DNA from: Erysipelotrichaceae bacterium
GTDB taxonomy: Bacteria > Bacillota_I > Bacilli_A > Erysipelotrichales > Erysipelotrichaceae
Direction of reading: 5' to 3'
Length of the DNA: 32,000 nt
NCBI GenBank assembly: GCA_963663995.1
Contig: OY760660.1
Location: 1,470,001 to 1,502,000, forward strand
Below are positions 29,484 to 32,000 of the stretch, piece after piece. The position numbers and the translations under genes were made by a program. Within the stretch, counting starts at the first letter, position 1, and each line of letters begins with the position of its first letter. The notes under the pieces were generated by a model. That model was not told where the DNA came from and made no database searches. It saw only the letters and a program-made list of their open reading frames with translations.

Positions 29484-30398
29484 ATGAACTATCCAGATGA
29501 ACTTATTTTTTTAAAGAATAGAAATGCAAAGCAACGAATTAGTCAATTTTCACTTAATGGGAAAACGATTGTATTAACGGGTGCTACTTCAGGAATCGGA
29601 CGAGAAACAGCTTTTCGTCTTGCTCAAGATTCAATACATTTAGCTATTATCATAAGAGATCTTCAAAAAGGAATGGAATTAAAGAGTTCGATTGAACATT
29701 TAACGGAATCAAAAGTTAGTGTTTTTATTGCTGATTTCTCAGATTTAAAATCTGTTTCAAAAGTTGCGGATGAAATAAAAACAAAATTAGATCATATAGA
29801 TGTATTAATACACAATGCAGGAATTCATTCGACAAAAAAAATAATAACAAAAGATGGGTTTGAACAATGCTTTCAAATTAATTATTTAGCATCTTATTTA
29901 CTAACTCAAAAACTTTTGCCATTATTAAATACATCTAAAGAGTCTACGATACTATATGTTAATTCTGAAGGACATCGATTTTCAAGTTTTGATGTTACTG
30001 ACTATAATTTCAATAAACATCACTATACTGGATTAAGGGCTTACGGATCTTCAAAAACAGCTCAGCTATTGAGTGTTTTAGTATTAAATGAAGATAAAAA
30101 TTATAAAAACATGAGATTTTTGTGCATGCATCCTGGGGATGTTAAAAGCGATATTGGCAAAAATAATGGGTTCTTGTATCGTCTATTTAGTAAATTATTT
30201 ATACAACCAATGCTCAGAGATCCGAAAACAAGTGCGATAGCTATTCATTGTTTATTATCAGATCCATTTTATCGAGAGCAACATGAACAATTCTATCATT
30301 TAACAATACCAGAAATCGCAGCGAATCATGCGCGAGATTATGTTAAAGCTCAAGAGCTTATCGAACTATCGAATAAACTAATAAATGATTTTATTTAA
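29484..30398 (+). CDS. Classical short-chain dehydrogenase/reductase (SDR), retinol-dehydrogenase-like (304 aa)
   Basis: Cofactor motif TGATSGIGRETA, NAG (HNAGI), catalytic YGSSK (YxxxK). 2-nt gap to the upstream gene. Confidence 0.85.
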   Translation: MNYPDELIFLKNRNAKQRISQFSLNGKTIVLTGATSGIGRETAFRLAQDSIHLAIIIRDLQKGMELKSSIEHLTESKVSVFIADFSDLKSVSKVADEIKTKLDHIDVLIHNAGIHSTKKIITKDGFEQCFQINYLASYLLTQKLLPLLNTSKESTILYVNSEGHRFSSFDVTDYNFNKHHYTGLRAYGSSKTAQLLSVLVLNEDKNYKNMRFLCMHPGDVKSDIGKNNGFLYRLFSKLFIQPMLRDPKTSAIAIHCLLSDPFYREQHEQFYHLTIPEIAANHARDYVKAQELIELSNKLINDFI

Positions 30399-30465
30399 TT
30401 AATAAAGACAAATTAATGTATCGAAGTTATTAATTACCAAGTACAATTATCAAAAAAGCAAACTA

Positions 30466-30480
30466 GTTGTTTTATACAAC
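30466..30480. promoter_or_regulatory. Inverted repeat GTTGT-TTTAT-ACAAC upstream of the MarR gene (candidate operator)
   Basis: 5-bp arms with a 5-bp spacer, 35 nt upstream of the preferred MarR start. Followed by TAATAAT (a -10-like element) and AAGAGG. Confidence 0.3.
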
Positions 30481-30514
30481 AAAACATGTAATAATACGAA
30501 TAAAGAGGTTTATT

Positions 30515-30937
30515 ATGCTATTTTGTGATATTAGTATTCAACATAGATACGGTAAAAATAAATTGGATGAAATGCTTTTTAAGTATGGTTTAGACTGGTC
30601 AAGAATGACAGTTATTCTAGTCGTGTCAGAAGTACCAGGAATAGAGCAAAATAAATTAATTCCTTTTTTACAGACAGATAAAGCTAATGTTTCAAAATTG
30701 TTGAAAAAGATGGTTAATGAGAACTTAATCATTTTAAATCATAATGCAATAGATAAACGAATTAACAAGTGTTATTTGACAGAAAAGGGCAATGAATTCG
30801 TGCCTAAAATGAATGAAATTTTAAGTGCTTGGGAATCGATTCTTTTTTCAGGAATAAAAGAAGATGAGCTTCAAGTTTATCTAAAGGTTAGTCAGAAAGT
30901 ATCAAATAATCTTTTGCCAAATTGGGAGAATAAATAA
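30515..30937 (+). CDS. MarR-family winged-helix transcriptional regulator (140 aa from ATG 30515)
   Basis: MarR-like wHTH: GIEQNKLIPFLQTDKANVSKLLKKMVNENLIILNHNAIDKRINKCYLTEKG. AAGAGG at 30503-30508 supports ATG 30515 rather than the track's TTG at 30467. The stop overlaps the next ATG (TAATG). Confidence 0.8.
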   Translation: MLFCDISIQHRYGKNKLDEMLFKYGLDWSRMTVILVVSEVPGIEQNKLIPFLQTDKANVSKLLKKMVNENLIILNHNAIDKRINKCYLTEKGNEFVPKMNEILSAWESILFSGIKEDELQVYLKVSQKVSNNLLPNWENK

Positions 30938-32000
30938 TGGGAATTCAAGGGAAAACTCTTTATGGGTTAATTTTATCTGGTGCAAATAATATTGTAGTAA
31001 ATGAAAATTTGTTAAATAAGATAAATGTTTATCCAGTACCCGATGGGGATACAGGTACAAATTTATCGCTTACAATGAATCAGATTCTTCTTGAGGCAAA
31101 AGAATTTGAACATGTTTTTATGCAAATCGAAAATATTGCAGAGATTGCTCTTAAAAATGCATATGGTAATTCAGGTATGATTTTTGCAGAATATTTAAGT
31201 GGTATGTCAGATTCTTTAATAAACCAAAAAGAGATACTAAAAATTGATTTGATAAAAGCCTTTAAAAATGCGTATTCTAAAGCACATAAATCGGTAGCAC
31301 AACCTAAAGAGGGAACAATTTTAAGTGTTATGAAGATTTGGTCCGAATTATTAGAAACCTCAATACATGATGAATTAGAACACTTATTTAACAGTAATCT
31401 GGAAAAACTTTATAAGTCAGTCGAAAATACAAAAAATCAAATGAAAATTCTTAGAGACAATAATGTTGTAGATGCCGGCGCTATGGCTTTCTTCTTTTTT
31501 ATTGAAGGAATGACTAAGTTCTTGAAAAATGGATTATCAATGAATCTCGAATTCAAAGCATCAAAAATGGAATTGATTAGTGAACCGTTAAAGTCCCTTG
31601 ATATTGGTGCTTATAGATATTGTTGTCAATATCAAGTAAAAGGAAATATTGATGTTAAAGAACTAGAAAAAGAGATTAATCCATATGGTGATTCAATTGT
31701 CATCCATCAAGATAATTCAAACATTAGTATTCATATGCATGCAAATGATCCTGCAATGCTTATGCAAAAACTTTTATCTATAGGTCCTGTTCTAAAACAC
31801 AAGATAGACGACATGTATTTGCAAACTCATATGAAGCATAAGCCAAAATCCAAAATTGCTATTTTAACTGATTCTATTGCAGATATACCTTCTACACTAA
31901 TTGATGATAACCAAGTCGCTGTATTACCTTTAAATATTATTATCGACTCAATTGTCTATAAGGATAAAATCACGATGACAGCTGACTACTTCTATAATTA
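30937..32000 (+). CDS. Dak2 (FakA-like) domain fused to a DegV (FakB-like) fatty-acid-binding domain; 3'-truncated by the window edge
   Basis: My own translation is open from ATG 30937 to the window end. The Dak2 part has VYPVPDGDTGTNLSLT, AYGNSGMIFAEY, PKEGTILSV, NNVVDAGAMAF. The FakA central-domain-like part has YRYCCQY ... YGDSIVIHQDNSNISIHMHANDP. From about residue 307 there is a DegV N-terminus: KIAILTDSIADIPSTLIDDNQVAVLPLNIIIDSIVYKD. It is absent from the ORF track because no stop is reached. Confidence 0.8.
   Translation, partial: MGIQGKTLYGLILSGANNIVVNENLLNKINVYPVPDGDTGTNLSLTMNQILLEAKEFEHVFMQIENIAEIALKNAYGNSGMIFAEYLSGMSDSLINQKEILKIDLIKAFKNAYSKAHKSVAQPKEGTILSVMKIWSELLETSIHDELEHLFNSNLEKLYKSVENTKNQMKILRDNNVVDAGAMAFFFFIEGMTKFLKNGLSMNLEFKASKMELISEPLKSLDIGAYRYCCQYQVKGNIDVKELEKEINPYGDSIVIHQDNSNISIHMHANDPAMLMQKLLSIGPVLKHKIDDMYLQTHMKHKPKSKIAILTDSIADIPSTLIDDNQVAVLPLNIIIDSIVYKDKITMTADYFYN

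Noticed and set aside
30396-30436. A 10-bp inverted repeat TAATTAATAA / TTATTAATTA after the SDR gene, as a possible terminator
   Set aside because: The stem is all A-T with a 21-nt loop and no T-tract. It would be thermodynamically negligible and is expected by chance at this composition. I therefore cannot exclude co-transcription of the SDR gene with the MarR gene.
30467-30514. A TTG start at 30467 that adds 16 residues to the MarR protein
   Set aside because: There is no ribosome-binding site there, and the extension would cover the candidate operator and promoter. ATG 30515 has AAGAGG 6 nt upstream and gives a normal MarR length.

Overview
AT-rich (roughly 30-40% G+C by eye) chromosomal segment from a cell-walled, low-GC Gram-positive bacterium. 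The gene order matches two well-known Bacillus-type housekeeping arrays. The lineage is probably Bacillota, perhaps Erysipelotrichia-like, but I cannot confirm this without a search. Array 1 runs murA ... rpmE-tdk-prfA-prmC ... tsaC(ywlC)-rpiB-glyA-upp, then the full F1Fo ATP synthase operon (atpI-like, atpB, E, F, H, A, G, D, C), a small DUF1146-like membrane ORF and an mreB/mbl paralog. Array 2 runs tilS-hpt-ftsH-hslO-dusB-lysS. Four visibly more AT-rich accessory patches interrupt this backbone. (1) 1086-4943 holds a GNAT, a translationally coupled yaaA plus radical-SAM pair, an intact IS30-family element with a 13-bp target duplication, and a DPSL-type mini-ferritin. (2) 7930-8926 holds a divergent XRE repressor and membrane-protein cassette, wedged with no spare bases between prmC and tsaC and carrying a three-site palindromic operator. 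(3) 19801-20355 encodes a MazF/PemK-fold protein with an N-terminal extension and no antitoxin gene, butted against tilS. (4) 27463 to the window end holds a tightly coupled CrtI-like flavoenzyme / NTF2-fold / SDR trio, followed by a MarR gene overlapping a single-chain Dak2(FakA)-DegV(FakB) fusion. I consider patch 4 the best candidate for an undescribed system, namely uptake-linked lipid, fatty-acid or steroid tailoring. The XRE cassette and the MazF-like protein are the next most interesting. No rRNA, tRNA or CRISPR array was recognised. All functional calls rest on motif recognition by eye in the supplied translations; no database search was run.
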